Positions 24,547 to 38,231 of a stretch of 64,000 bases of DNA are shown piece after piece. Every line of letters begins with the position of its first letter. Within the stretch, counting starts at the first letter, position 1. The stretch is from the NCBI RefSeq assembly GCF_000315625.1, contig NW_005434671.1:248001-312000 (forward strand), in the 5' to 3' direction. The translations under genes were made by a program, and so were the position numbers. The notes beneath the pieces were generated by a model. That model saw only the letters and a list, made by a program, of their open reading frames with translations, was not told the origin of the DNA and made no database searches. The stretch is from Guillardia theta CCMP2712 (lineage: Eukaryota > Protista > Cryptophyta).

Positions 24547-27200
24547 TCATCTGGAAGCAAGCGACACTACTACACCAAACAGTCCAAACAACAAGCCTAA
24601 GATAAGCGTGATGTAGCTTGTGACGTACATCCTCTCCTCCTTTAAAGAGAGCTTCGCCCCTTCTTTTCTCTTCTTATCCAGACATCCCATGTGGATAAGG
24701 GGAGGGAACACAAAGATGATGCAGGCGCCCAAGATGGATCCGCTGAGACACAGTCAGGAAGCTTGATCTGTGCCTCTAGCCCCGCACCTCAGGCTGGCGA
24801 TGATGCCAAGTCTCTCCAAGACCTGCAGCATATTCTCACACGTTGCGACGATTCTACAAGAAGCCCACGAAAGCGAGAGACACGTTCACTGCCACCATCA
24901 CAAACGCCAGAACGTCCTGTTGTCAGTCAAGGAGAGCCAGCGCAGAAGCGACCCGTCGGAGGGAGGGGAGCATGGAGCACGGAGGAGCCTGGGGAGAGGA
25001 GGGAGACAAGAGTAGAAATGTACTCCTTCTACCTTCACTGTCTGACGGTCTGACGAGCGCAGAATGTCAGCCGTCAGCTCGATGATGCCCGAAGCGAACC
25101 CCCCGAAGAAGAGCGGGTAGCTGAAGGAGGATGAAAGATGGAAACAGTGGCAAATTCTTGCCTGCAAAGAATGGACACAAGAGTAGCAAGTCTTGCCCAT
25201 GTTGCAAGCTGGTCTGGAAGGGCGTTGTCAGCAAGGAAACAACTTGGATGAACTACCGTTGGAGTGATAGTTGTTGAGAAGAAGAGATTCGCTATGTTCC
25301 CCGAAGGTGAGAAATCCTGCGATCCTTTGTGGTCTTGTCAGGAAAGGAGAAGAAGTAGAATCGGATCAGAGGGCTCGTGAAGATTAGAATGAGAGTAAAA
25401 GCACAACTTGAAGGAGACGGTGTTGCAGAAGTGCAGGAGGGTGAGGTGACCAAGGAGAAGTCGTGCAGATAGAAGAAGGATGGTCACTCTAAGAAGCCTT
25501 ACATGAGCCCTGCCCCGACCAATCCCGCAATCGTAAAACTGCATCACGGGGACGAAAAACAAGGAGATGAGTTAGGTGAGGTAACATCTGGCGGATCAGC
25601 GAGAAGGGTGACGAGGAAGCACCTGCTGTAGGTGAGGACGTTGAAACGTCTCAAGGTCGATGGCGACTTGACAAGCGGTCACCACCACAAGAGCATTGGC
25701 AATTTATTCCACACCAGAGAATGGAAGAACTTTGGCGCATCGAAGTGAACCTGAAGAAATCTAAGATGGACCTAGCGGATAGAAGAGCTGAGAATCGATC
25801 GCGAGCATGAGATACCTGATAGCATCCGTGGAAGTAGGAGATCAGCACAAGCAGTTTACTGATGTTGATCTGTCTTCGTATCAACTTGCCTCTCAAGCAT
25901 TGATTGACTCAGGACCTCGTCTCCGAACTTCGGTCTCTGTGCTCATTTTAGCCAAGCAATCTGTAACCGTAAAGAGATTTTACTCACTCGCTCCAAGGCA
26001 AGCAGTTGAAAGAACCTCCCGCCCTTAGCATAATCTCCCTAGGAAATCAAAATGTTCATGTCGAAGCTTTGACACGCGTCATTGTCACCTTCACGTGTCT
26101 ATAGATGGCAAATCCCGTGGTGTAAAGACAACCTAACATTCCGAAGAAGCTCGGAGGAAGTGAGGTGCACGTTTGATTGTAAAAAAACGAATGATACCTT
26201 GTGTATGCGAGTGATGATAAGGATCTCAACAAGCAGAGAGGAAGTAGCAACAAGACCATCATGGCACAAACAGACTCCTTGCTGGTCCATGCCTGTCAAG
26301 CATGAATCGCCAGATTCCTTCTGCTTGCGAGGCGGCAGAGACCTCAGCCATGCCGATGGCAAGGAGCAGCGATCTCAGCATGTCTCTGATGATAATGGTG
26401 TACATTGCGCAACACAACCAAGTCTGCAGGATGATGAGCATCCAAGATAGTTGTCTCGGATTCTATATCACAAAAGTGAAGCAAGCCGTGTTTGGCATCC
26501 AAGCTGTTTTAGGAGACACGGTTTTGGACCATAGCTGCCACAGATCAGAAAGCAAACTGGCAGGCACGCTCACCTCAGTATAGCTGTTAGCATGGAGCAT
26601 TTGGCAGCAAAGTCCCAGCAAGGAGTAAGTGTGAGCAGAGAAAATCTGCGACTATTTGAGGGGAAAGACAATTCAAAAACGCTTCTGCTGTGCAAGAGAC
26701 CGCAAAGAGCATGCAAAGTGCTCCAGCTGGAGCAGACATCCATGGAGCATTGGTGACCTGAGCCAAGCCGCCACTGATCAACAAAAGCTCAACATGTCAA
26801 GAAGAGAGTCGGCATTCATCAACATCAACGAAGACACCTCAAGATGAGAACGGTCCCCCCTGTCCAATCGTAAGATGCACGTTTGAACACCACGCGCAAC
26901 CTATCAGACTTTTGCAGAGTCCGAGCATGAGCTCTACCATATTGGAGTCGAATCCACCCTGCACACCCACGAGGGCACTCCCTCCCTGTCCTGATCCCCC
27001 CCCTCGCAAAGATCCTTTCTTGATCCGCGGGGATCTCATGGGATCTGAAATATGTGGGCACGCTCTTCCATCCCCCATTGCACCGTGTCTTAGTGCAGCA
27101 TCAAACTTGTTGTACACAAGACCATGCGACAATCCGATGCTAATCAGGCTGAATACAACCACAGCATACTGCAAACAAGGGCGATTCAGTGGATGATCTC
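24547..27200 (-). CDS. Aa_trans (AAAP/SLC38/AVT-like) amino-acid transporter, many exons
   Basis: Exon fragments LGLCKSLIG, LLLPLCLLRSLSSLAYT|SFFG, AGFLTFGEHSESLLLNNY, FSYPLFF, GSILGACIIFVFPPL and terminal TM helix. True start codon not resolved. Confidence 0.8.
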
Positions 27201-28737
27201 CCTCAAAATCACCGGGCCCTTCAGTCTTCACCTTTCCGAGATAACATTTGCCGACATAACAACTAATCCTTTCACGTCCTCGATGACCAATCCCTCCATG
27301 TCCTTGTGCACTTTTCCTGTCGCTCCCTCCATCCCCTCCTCATCATCAGCCTCCTTACCTGCAAGCTCTGCATTTTCATTCCCCGAAATGTATTTTATCC
27401 ACGTCCCCCCGCAGGCCCGGCTCACTGTCCGACTCATCTGCCGACTCACCGTCACACTGTGCCCGGCGACAGACTTGGCTGTCCGAGCCAGCGGCGTAGT
27501 ACCCATGCCAGCCGCGGCCGTGACCGGCGCGGCGGCGGCGCCGCGGGCCCGGGCTCGGACCCCCATCCGATGATCATGGCATCGGATCATGATCCGGACA
27601 CGAAAGTCAAGTTCCGCTGAGCCCCGGAGGGCCAACAGTGGCTGCGGCCCGCCGGACTCAGTCCGGGGAGCGGCAGCCTAACTTGACCCGCTCAGGCGGG
27701 CCTTTGAAACTCCCTCCGGGCAGCGGCTCAGAGTCGGATTTTTCAAGCACTGAGCATCTGCCGCAGTGCCCGGCCCGGGGCTTCAATCAGTAACCGGCGT
27801 TCGGAGGCTACTAGTCAGTAAACGTACTGCAGCCCGGTAGTAAGCTCCGCGGCCTGTTCAAGTCTAGTAGTGACAGTCACTGTCGGACTTGCCAAGTTGA
27901 CTCGGTGGCCGCCGGGCCGCCCCGGTGGCCGCCGGGCCCGGCCGGGGCCGGGCCCAGTGGCACCGTCCGGCGTTGGCCTGGGCTGATCGGGCTCACAGCC
28001 AGTGTACATTGTACGGTCTGTTTGAGTAAAGTCTGTCGGTCGGCGCCGCCGCGCTCCGACTCCGAGTACGGTCGGCGCGGCCCCCGGGCCGCCGGGGCCC
28101 GGCGGCGGCCGGGCCGGGCCGGGCCCCGCCCGGCCGTTCCGGCGGCCGCGACTCAGGAGTCCGACTCGCCCGATCGGGCCCTCGGCCGAGTACGACGGTA
28201 GGAGTAAAACTTGCCAGTAGCCTCGTAACGTGACTGGTCCACTTTTGAAAGTTTGCCCACCGTAGCACGCCGTGACCGGCGGGTGCCCTCACCGCCGCCG
28301 CCGGCGAGCTCGGAGTAACTCAAGCGACTGTTTTAAGTTACCTCACGGTCCGACCACATGCCCTGAGATGGTCAGGGTCACGAGGACTGAGTCGGACAAC
28401 CAACGACCGTACCAGGTTAGCCTCAGAGCCGCATCATAAAATCACAGCGCGGCACCAAAGTTCCTACCGCCTGTGAGTCGATCGAGCCCGTCACTGCCCT
28501 CGCCCCCGGCCCCTCTCGGCCGGGTCGAAATCGTGACGGACTCCGACTGGTAACGTGACCAGAAGGGGTGAACCTTTTGGCCCTTGTAATAGCCGCTGCG
28601 ATCCCTGTCGCTAGAGCAGCTTCGCATCGCCAGCAGCCACCACGGCCTCGCGACCCAGACCATCTTAGAGACCTTCAGTGACCTCGCATCCTCCTCGGCA
28701 TCCTCCCCTCCCCCTATCACAGCAAGCCTTCATCGAC

Positions 28738-29049
28738 ATGCACGACGTGACCTCAATGTTCACAACTGGCACCAGCGGTCTGCTCAGCATCGACCAACCG
28801 AGCTTCAGAGACATTGCGATCACGAGCGAGGAGCTCTCATGCCTTCCGGACGTGGGGGATCTGAGCATTTCAGATATTCATGATGCACTGCGGGAGGAGC
28901 AGAAGCGCCAAGAGGAACAGAGGAGAGCCAAGTACGGGTGCCCCTCAAGAAGCAAGCAGCTGCAGGCTCTGAAACGCTCCCTAAAACTCCTAGGGGCCTC
29001 CACAAGGCCCCGCCTGATCTCAGCAACGGGGGAGGAGCTCATGCTATGA
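28738..29049 (+). CDS. Small hypothetical protein (~103 aa)
   Basis: MHDVTSMFTTG...ALREEQKRQEEQRRAKYG...GEELML*; protein-like composition, AATAAA at ~29090; no family. Confidence 0.45.
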   Translation: MHDVTSMFTTGTSGLLSIDQPSFRDIAITSEELSCLPDVGDLSISDIHDALREEQKRQEEQRRAKYGCPSRSKQLQALKRSLKLLGASTRPRLISATGEELML

Positions 29050-29435
29050 GCTCTGGACGACGAGGGAATGTAATGTAACACTAGGCATGAATAAAGCATG
29101 TATCATAGAGACCCTTGTTTCACATCGATCGGATAAATTGAATCTAGGCAGAGGGAGAAGTCGTTCTAATACTACGAATGCAAAGGAAGTGCTAAGGATT
29201 TAGTGAGGACCAGGAGATTCTCTGGATGATTGAAGAAGTCTTTGACTTCATTGAGATACGCGAGCAACAGGTGGAGGAGTGACTTGCTTTTTCCAGTGAC
29301 TGCGCCCACTCAACTCACTGTAGGTCAAAAAGGCACCCGCCGCGCAAAGGGAGGGATCTTGTGCTACTAGCTTGATCTGTAATGAGATGACATGATTGGA
29401 GAAAAGAGAAGGACTGAGCCCTGAAGAGTTATAGG

Positions 29436-29509
29436 GAGAGAAAGGAAGTAGTGGTTGCTGCAACCGATGAAAGAGAGAAAGGAAGTAGTGGTTGCTGCAA
29501 CCGATGAAA
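29436..29509 (+). repeat. Perfect 2 x 37-bp tandem repeat
   Basis: GAGAGAAAGGAAGTAGTGGTTGCTGCAACCGATGAAA twice; unit contains the palindrome GGTTGC-T-GCAACC. Confidence 0.95.
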
Positions 29510-30009
29510 CATGCAGTAGCCTGTCGAACTTCATGCAGCTGATGTGCTGAGTGCCCTGATATGAACGGTTCGGGAACAGACAAATTTCCTTGAATCGGCA
29601 ACACACTCAGTTCAGATGATGCTTCTTGTTTGATTTGAGCAAGAAGTGAGTATAGAGCGCGGAGGGCTGGCTGGCTTGCTGCTTGCCTGCCAGCTAGCAC
29701 AGTCGGTCGTTCCTTCGGCCATGCCGGCAGACAGAAGAAAGGACGATGGAGGGAGAGGTGCTAAGAAAGGATGACCTACGATACAACAGACTTCAACTCA
29801 GGGGGGGGGGGGGGTGAAAGAGAAAAGACAAGACGAGCGTCAGCATCACGGTATGGGTGCGGTTAGAATAAATCAAGGGTACAGAGAGAAGGACAAGAAG
29901 TTCATCAACACTCCTTCACAGACCAATCTTAGAAGTGGCAATGAGAGAATTCACGTAGATGAGATTTGCTTTATTAACAGTACATTGAACGATAAATTCA
30001 GTCTACAGC

Positions 30010-32121
30010 TTAGTCGACCTCCTCCATCTTGGATCCCTCAGCAGAGTCACCAGTCTCCTCGAGCTCGGGGACAGGCTCCTCATCCTCGCCATCCTCGTCG
30101 ATGCTGAGACCAAGCTTGATCATGCGGTGGAGGCGACCAGCGAAGGTGTTGGGCTCCTCCAAGGTGAAGCCAGAGACCAAGAGAGCAGTGTCGAACAAGA
30201 GCCAGATGAGATCCTTGACGGTCTTGTCGCCACGGTCAGCATCCGACTTCTTGACGAGCTCCTTGATGATGGGGTGCTCGGGGTTGACCTCCATGGTCTT
30301 CTTGGAGGTCATGTAGGTAGACATGGAGTTGTCACGAAGAGCCTGGGCCTTCATGATGCGCTCCATGTTGGCAGACCACCCGTACTCGCCAGTCACCAAG
30401 CAGCAAGGAGCAGAGACAAGGCGGTCAGACACGACAACCTTCTCGACCTTGTCATCCAAGGTCTCCTTGATGAGCTTGCAGAGCCCCTCGGTGTTGGCCT
30501 TGAGCTCCTCTCTGGCCTTCTTCTCGTCCTCGGACTCCTCAAGCTTGAGTCCCTCCTTGGTGACGCAAACGAGCTTCTTGCCGTCATAGTCCTTCATCTG
30601 CTGGACCATGTACTCGTCGATAGGATCAGTCAGGAAGAGAACCTCGAAGCCCTTCTTCTTGAGGCGCTCAAGGAAGGGAGCGTTCTCAACAGCCTTCTTG
30701 CTCTCTCCAGTGATGAAGTAGATGTTCTGCTGCTCCTCCTTCATGTTGCTGACATAGTCCTTCAGGCTGACCATATCATCACCAGACTTGGTGGTAGTGA
30801 AGCGAAGGAGGTCCGCAAGCTTGGAGCGGTTGGTGCTGTCCTCATGGATACCGAGCTTGAGATTCTTGCCAAACTGCTCGTAGAACTTCTTGTAGTCCTC
30901 AGCATTCTCAGCAATCTCCTGGAACATCTCGATGGCTTTCTTGACGAGGTTCTTCTTGATCACCTTCAAGATCTTGTTCTGCTGGAGCATCTCACGAGAG
31001 ATGTTAAGAGGGAGATCCTCGGAGTCGACGACACCCTTGACGAAGCTCAACCACTCAGGGCAAAGCTCGTCGCAATTGTCGGAGATGAACACACGGCGAA
31101 CGTACAGCTTAATGTTGTTCTGCTTCTTCTTCTTCTCGAACATGTCGAAGGGAGCACGGCGGGGAACGAAGAGGATGGACTTGAACTCAAGCTGTCCCTC
31201 AACGTTGAAGTGCTTGACAGCCAAATGATCCTCCCAATCGTTGGTGAGGGCCTTGTAAAAGGCGGCATAATCCTCCTTGGGAATGTCCTCAGGATTGCGA
31301 GTCCAGATGGGCTTCTGCTTGTTGACAAGTTCCCATTCGTGGGAGACCTCCTTGACCTTCTTCTTCTTCTTGTCCTTCTTCTCGGCATCCTCGTCGACCT
31401 CCTCGATCTTGGGCTCGTCACCCTCGGGCTTGTCCTCCTCCTTCTTCTCCTCCTCCTCGTCGTCCTCGACCTCCTTCTCGGTGGTCTTCTCGATCCACAA
31501 GCTGATGGGATAGTTGATGAACTCGCTGTGCTTCTTCACGAGATCCTTGATGCGGCGCTCCTCGAGGAACTCAAGCTGATCCTCCTTGAGGAAGAGCTGG
31601 ATCTTGGTTCCACGTCCCAGGTTCTCTCCGCTGGTGTCGGGGCGCACAGTGAAGGATCCGCCAGCAGCAGACTCCCAGATGTACTGCTCATCGTCATTGT
31701 TCTTGGAGGTGACAACGACCTTGTCCGCGACAAGGTAGGCAGAGTAGAAACCAACACCGAACTGTCCGATCATGCTCACATCCGCACCAGCCTGAACAGC
31801 CTCCATGAAGGCCTTGGTGCCGGACTGGGCGATGGTTCCGAGGTTGTTCACCATGTCGGCCTTGGTCATGCCGATACCGGAGTCGATGATGGTGAGGGTG
31901 TTGTTGGTCTTGTCGGGGATAAGGTGGATGTACATCTCCGGCTGGCTGTCCAAGACAGCTTTGTCGGTGAGGGACTGATATCTGATCTTGTCAAGGGCAT
32001 CACTAGCGTTGGAGATGAGCTCACGAAGAAAGATCTCCTTGTTGGAGTAGAAGGTGTTGATGATAAGGGAGAGGAGCTGGTTGATCTCCGCCTGGAATGC
32101 GAATGTCTCAACGTCCGACAT
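30010..32121 (-). CDS. HSP90: Cytosolic heat shock protein 90, intronless
   Basis: [55 protein letters not shown]-terminal MEEVD. Confidence 0.99.
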   Translation of the reverse strand: MSDVETFAFQAEINQLLSLIINTFYSNKEIFLRELISNASDALDKIRYQSLTDKAVLDSQPEMYIHLIPDKTNNTLTIIDSGIGMTKADMVNNLGTIAQSGTKAFMEAVQAGADVSMIGQFGVGFYSAYLVADKVVVTSKNNDDEQYIWESAAGGSFTVRPDTSGENLGRGTKIQLFLKEDQLEFLEERRIKDLVKKHSEFINYPISLWIEKTTEKEVEDDEEEEKKEEDKPEGDEPKIEEVDEDAEKKDKKKKKVKEVSHEWELVNKQKPIWTRNPEDIPKEDYAAFYKALTNDWEDHLAVKHFNVEGQLEFKSILFVPRRAPFDMFEKKKKQNNIKLYVRRVFISDNCDELCPEWLSFVKGVVDSEDLPLNISREMLQQNKILKVIKKNLVKKAIEMFQEIAENAEDYKKFYEQFGKNLKLGIHEDSTNRSKLADLLRFTTTKSGDDMVSLKDYVSNMKEEQQNIYFITGESKKAVENAPFLERLKKKGFEVLFLTDPIDEYMVQQMKDYDGKKLVCVTKEGLKLEESEDEKKAREELKANTEGLCKLIKETLDDKVEKVVVSDRLVSAPCCLVTGEYGWSANMERIMKAQALRDNSMSTYMTSKKTMEVNPEHPIIKELVKKSDADRGDKTVKDLIWLLFDTALLVSGFTLEEPNTFAGRLHRMIKLGLSIDEDGEDEEPVPELEETGDSAEGSKMEEVD

Positions 32122-32896
32122 CCTTGCTTCTGCCGAGTTGGTTCCCTCCCGCCAATTTATGCCTTCCTCCCCCTAGTGCCTTCCACCCCACCCTGGGATG
32201 CTCAGGGATTGCACCCCACCCCCAAGTGATAACCAGACAAGACACCCACCATATTTGATCCCTCTAATCGATGTATTTATACCCGGTACTTCAAGACATA
32301 AATCTCTGCTAAACATTCATCACCCGTACTTCGTAGAATACCCACCCCCTTCTCAGGTCCCTTTCCTTTCTTGGTTGGACCCTGGAGACACCCCACCCAC
32401 CTTTAAGATCCCTCAAGTCCCTACACCTATGTGCAACATCCCATATGCCCAATCTTTACTGGAGCCCGCATGCGTTTCGGTTGGAATGGGTCAGGGCGAC
32501 CCCCCCCCCTCAAGCTTGTAAATTCTCAATTGCCAGACTAGTAGATTCTGGGACATCAACAACATACCTGCACAAAGACCCACGCCCCATCGGCATGTGA
32601 CTACCCTACCCCATGGAAATCGATAACGCCCCATCCCCTCGTGCTGAGTACCCACCCTTCACAACAAACACCCCTAGCTTCGTCTGACCTTGCAATCCCT
32701 GCACGTGTCCTTAGAAACCCATACGCATGTCCTAGGACCTCAGCGAGCTCAATATGACCGCGAGCCCTTGACTTCAGCTCACCCCACCCCACCTCCCCAC
32801 ACTGCCGTATTCCCGAACTTTCTTTTTGCTAAGTACCCCAGATTTGACAGTACTTTGTCGGGGTGTACAAATACCCTACCCCTGAATTGTTCTCAG

Positions 32897-32911
32897 AGAA
32901 CATTCCCGAAG
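32897..32911. promoter_or_regulatory. Perfect three-unit heat-shock element upstream of HSP90
   Basis: aGAAc aTTCc cGAAg = nGAAn nTTCn nGAAn, ~780 bp upstream of the ATG; a two-unit element aTTCc cGAAc at 32810-32819. Confidence 0.55.
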
Positions 32912-33317
32912 TCGCCTCACCCCACCACCATAAAGCCGGACTCCACACCCTGTCTTGGGCCTTTGACACAAACAGTAGAGTAGGTAGGGGGGTGGGTACC
33001 TCTTAAAGGTTTTCGCGGGAGATTTTGATTGGTCACCGCGCGGCAAACTCATGGAAGGGCGATGATGATTATGAAGACACGGTCCGAGGTCAGTACGGTC
33101 AGCAGCACTCAAGTAGTTGGCAGCCTCCGGGAGTCAATAGATCGGCCGGGCCGGGGGCCGCACGGTGACCGGGCCGCGGCCCGGGGGGCCCGGGGGGCAG
33201 CCGAGTCCGATCGGACGCCCAAGGCCGCTGGGGCCGCCCCCGCATAATACGCACAATGACCGTCGGACACTCAGGATGACACTAGCATAATAGCCTGAGA
33301 GTCACTGATGTGAAAGT

Positions 33318-36300
33318 TCAATCATGGCACGTCGGCCCTCTTGCCTGGTCTCGCTCTGCAATGGTGAAAGGATGTTGTGAACTATCGGACCTCCTATCGC
33401 CTCCTGCAGCTCCCGCAACTTCGCCACTGCTCTCTGTCGACTGTGACGCCTCTCGCTGCGCGTTGAGCGGCATGCCGGGAGTCAGGTCCGCTAGTGCAAT
33501 TGTTGATGGTAGAGGAGGTGCCGACGGGGCTGGCATGGTGCTGACGCCGCGAACCGTCCGGATGGAGAAGTATTCGTCAGTCTGCATCTCTGGCAAGAGA
33601 ACGTCAAAGCAGAGAAAGCAACAAAGGAGATCGTGCAGGGGGGATAGGGTGAGGGCACTGCCGCAGGATATGAGGATACACTCAGAGGCTGCTAGCCAAG
33701 CGAGCATGAGGATGAGTGACTACATGCAAGAGGAAGGGGAGGAAGGGGAGGATAGGAGGAGGAGGGAAGGTGGGGAGGAGGGGAGGAGCAAGAAGATATT
33801 CTAAAGTTGATAACATTTGGAGCTAAAGTTTACCAATATCGCCGGGAACGCGCATTTCCTGCATTTGATAACATCAGGTTCGAACAGTGATGGGCGTTCG
33901 AACTACCGCTTGTACCGCACGTCGTAAAGGGTTGCCTGCTACGCGCTTCCTTCTCCTGGAGAACCAGTTCACACCACAATCTCACTGGCACGGCAAATTA
34001 TGTACAAGTAGAAGCCATATCCAGTAATTGCGAGGATTGGAAAGACTGCTCCGCATCCTATGACTATCCACAAGAGAGAGGGGGACTGTAGAAGCGAGGT
34101 CAGGGGTCGAAGTGATAGCAATGGATCTTTCGGTATACCGATGAAGATGAGGAATGCTCTGAAGTGTTCGTATTATCGCCGCTGATGGTAGACGGGGGTG
34201 GGGAGGTGGATGAAGACGGAAGGAGAGATTGGTCGATGTAGGCTGATTGAATGATCTCAGCTCTGGGGAGATTCTGTCCGAAGTGATCGATGAGAAGCGT
34301 GCAGGAGGCAGAGAAGAAAGTAACGAGACGTCACTAACCTGCTTGTTCAAGTTGTCGTTGAGGTTGCTTGTTGTGATCTTGTTTGCAACCTGAGTTGCAG
34401 AAGAGAGAGAGGGAGAGCTGATGGAGGTTGTGATGACAACCATGAACGCCGAGGATAGGAGCCTCCTGCCGGAAGGAGGCGCAGCGATCTGGTTCTCTTC
34501 GGCCGATACGATCCTGGCGGGATAGTCAAGAGCAACAAGCAAGAGAGTGGAAGAGCATTCTCACCAGACATTATCCGGAAAGACGCCGGCTGTCAATGCA
34601 ACGGCTGTCAAGAAGCGAGTCGAAATGCCCTGGAAGGTCACAAGGGACATCCGCATCTGCGCTTGGAAGGTGACGACCACAGCAGATGGCATCCTCGATG
34701 ACGGTGGTGGCTGCAGATGCGATTGAGAAACCGCATGACGTGATTTGCAATATCACCGTCGTTGATGCTGGAGAAGGCATAGTAGTAGAGGTGGAGGTGG
34801 AGGTGGAGGTGGAGGAAGTAGTAGTAGTCGCCATGGCGTCAGAGAACCAATTGGTACTCAAGTTTGTTGTCCCCCTTTCTAGATACAAGTCGGTGATGCT
34901 CCTATATATAAGAGGAGCTTGGATGGCCAGGACCCAAACCCCTCCTGTCGTGACAGAGAACTGAGAACTAGAGATATCTGTGACTTGGTACATTCCCCTG
35001 AGCAGAAAGTTGTGATGTTCTAAGGAGGGTTTGCTGTTCCATGACAGCATCACGGAGATGTTGGTGGGATAACGGGGAGCAAGGAATAGCCGCCATGTGT
35101 CGTTATCATCGGAAACGTTCCAGAAGAAGTAGGAGATTTCAGTTGGTTCAAGTTTCAACTGAAGCAACAGGTTGTTGTCCAAATGCTTTGTCTTCAACTC
35201 ACATGCTTCTCCTGTGTGAAACAGGTCGCAACGACAGTACGTTCCTTCGCACTGCCCTGCTCCGTTGCAGCCGTAAGGGCAGTAAGGGCTAGGGCAACTT
35301 TCCTTCATCTCGATATTTCCTGTGACGACGATGGAGAACGGTTGAGGATCCACGGGAACATCCCATCCGAACACATATATCATGTACGTTCCTTGACCAG
35401 GGTTGGGCCACACCACCTGCCAGTGAAGTTACATGAAACACAGCTCAACTCTCCCTCCCCCCCTCCCCCCCTCCTCCCTCCTCTCGTTCCCTCTCGTTCT
35501 CTCTCTGGCTCTTTATCACCTGCTCGTTGTTGTTGAACCTGTCCCGCACCTGGTAGAATCCTGACTCATAGAACTGTTTCCCGTTCCCATACTTAGTCGC
35601 TCCGTCCGGCCCCACTACGGTCAGGTCCAGGTCGTTGACAAGAGCTTGAGAGGAGGCAGGGTGAGCAGGAGGATCCGTCCAGGCGATGGTGACACGCAGC
35701 TCGGCGCCTCCTCGACCATCCAGGCAGAAGGAGAACAGCTGCCTGTGTGCTATGCTGATGTTGTCCTGCACGCGGAGGATGAAGCCCTGCTTGTCGGGGG
35801 AGGGCAGGACGGTGGAGATGTTCACCAGGCCGTATCCCTGCTTGGTGGATGGGGGCAGCGAGCCAGTCTCGAGCCCGACGTGGTTGGCGCTGTGGAGGAG
35901 CATAGCTCTTAGGAGAGCAGAGGAAGGCTCGAAGGCTGTAACAGTGTTCGCTGAGGGGGAAAGAGCGTTCCCGGCTGAGAGTCCAGTAGAGAAGTACTCT
36001 CTTAGCAGGAGGGCCAGCCCAGCTACTGCTGGAGCTGCCATGGAGGTTCCCGACTTGTCAATCAAAGAGTCAATGCCGCAGTGGTACTGACCGAGATTGC
36101 CCTCGGAGCGAGCAGACACGACTTGCTGCCCGGGAGCAAGCAAGTCGGGCTTGAAGCGACCATCGTAGGTGGGGCCGAGGGAGGAGAAAGAGGCGACATT
36201 GGTGGCAAGGTCTGTGATGGCAGGAAGTTCTACCTGGACAGCATCTGGATGAGCCTGGATGGCGTCGTTGAGGACATTCCCATCATTGTAAGAGATAGCG

Positions 36301-38231
36301 AGGCAGGGGATAAGAGGCTTAAAGTCGTTGGCTGGGTACATAGCGACCACGTCCTCGGGCTTTGAGGCCTCGTTGTTGAAGAGGATCATACCAAGCGCGC
36401 TCGAGTCCTGCACGAAGGAGCTCTTCAACGAAAACGTGCATTGGCCCCTGCGAACAAGCACAAACTTCCCCGCTGCCACTGCTGCGTTGGTGAGCTGAGA
36501 ACAGGCTTCTAGTGGCTCAGCGAGGACTATCTGCCCCTTCCTTCGTTCTCTCCCGTAGATCGGAGGACCGAAGATGGCAGGTACCATACTGGTAGTGTAC
36601 CGCACGTTCTGTACCAGGAACCAGATGTCCCCGACTTGAGGAGACGTCCAGCCGTTCTCGGGGATCCCCGCCGAGGCCCCGACTGAGATGATGTTCTTCG
36701 CTACTGCCGGTTCCGACACACTTGCATAGGACGGCCCGTCGTTGCCCGCAGCAAAGATTATCAGGTAGTCAGGATGCAAGTAGGCGAAGTCGTCTGTGTG
36801 GTAAGTATCGATGCTGTACTCGTTGTTCAATCCACCCCACGAATTGCTGTGCACGTGCGCCCCACCCCCGCGTGCCAACGAGTAGACGCCGAGCTCGAGG
36901 TCTGCTGGGATGTTCAGATACCCTGACGCACTCGAGTCCCCGGCGTCTTGAAACACAACCTTGGCATCCGGAGCTACACCGCTCTCAGCTGCCAGGAATT
37001 GTGAATCTGCCTGTCCGTTGGCGTTCCCGCTCACAATCCCGCACACGTGCGTGCCGTGGCCTTCCACCACGTCCCCCACCGTTGAGTCTACCATGACAGT
37101 GTAGGACAAGATCTTGCGATGCCCTGAGCTCTGGGAGCTACAGCTGTTCGCACCTGTCTCGTAACACACGTCAACGTTGTGGTTGGGATCGTAGAAGAAG
37201 CAATGGCTGTAATCGATGCCCGTGTCCGTCACTGCGACCAGTTGGTCCTTCCCCGACAGACCCAGGACTTTCGATCGAGAGACGCCAAGGACTTGCTCTA
37301 CCACGTACACATTCCGTAGCTTGGCTGCAGCCCCTGAGCTCGTTGGCAATTCGGAATTCTGCTTCACTAGGGGCCTCAACCTCCTACCTGAGTGAGGTGC
37401 AATCCATCTGACTTCTATCAGCGTTGATAACCAACTCAGAGTCTCGAGAGAGTAGTCGTCTAGAACGTCAATCAAGACCTGAGATGGTCAGCCAGGTCAG
37501 AGCCCGATGCGGCAAGAACAAAATCAACTCACAACGGACGAATTCACTTCAGGCTCTTGAAACTTGGCCACACTCCCCACTTTTTTCAACACTTGGGCTA
37601 TATCTTGAAGGAATGATGCGGCATCGGTGGCAAGCTGTGCCGAGTAAGTGCCACAACGAGAGCCTTGGGTCGTGCTGCACCCTTGGAAGGAATCTGAAAC
37701 ATGGCTGCGGGACTCACGCAGCTTCGGCTCAGCATGAAGGAGTTTCTCAGCAAGTACTTTCGAGAGCTTCATAATAGACGGAACTTCAACAACATTCACA
37801 ACTTCCTGAACTGTGCGAAGCTTTTTCATCTCCACTTGGTTTGCTTCCACTACGTAGGTGTTCAGCGGGATATACCTGTATACCCTCTTGCCCAAGACTT
37901 TCTCGATCTCCTGCCTTATCCGAGACCTGTTGATTCCTGATGTTTGCACCATGACTTGTCGTCTCTGCATAGAATTTCCTCGAGCCTCAGCCCTGAAATG
38001 AGGAAGCATCGAGACGCCGTCATGAATCGGACCATAGAAGTTACTTTTCATCTTGTCCCTGACCTCGGAATCAAGCTTCAGTATGTTGGATAGATCCCCC
38101 CCAAACTGAGGGTTGACGAGAAGGACAGGAGTTTGTGTGGTCATTGCAGACGACCACATAGACATGTAGAACAAAGAGATCACGTAAATGATACGTAGTT
38201 TCCCTGCAAATGTTCTGCTAGTTCTGCGCAT
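33318..38231 (-). CDS. Type-I membrane subtilisin-like (S8, Kp43/TagC-like) protease with PA insert and EGF domain
   Basis: Triad motifs VTDTGID, HGTHVCG, SGTSMAAP; FAAGNDG; PA domain (GKFVLVRRGQCTFSLK); WTDPPA..LVNDLDL; EGF CPYGCNGAGQCEGTYCRC; TM LLWIVIGCGAVFPILAITGYGFYLYII at ~34000-34080; tail to 33318. Confidence 0.9.

Noticed and set aside
27410-28560. Many R/P/G/A-rich ORFs in GC islands (also 3390-3716, 5944-6445, 7710-8625, 44377-44661)
   Set aside because: Stop-codon scarcity in high-GC low-complexity DNA; no domains.
30127-32229. 700-aa + strand ORF antisense to HSP90
   Set aside because: Shadow ORF expected from the strong codon bias of HSP90; no independent motifs.
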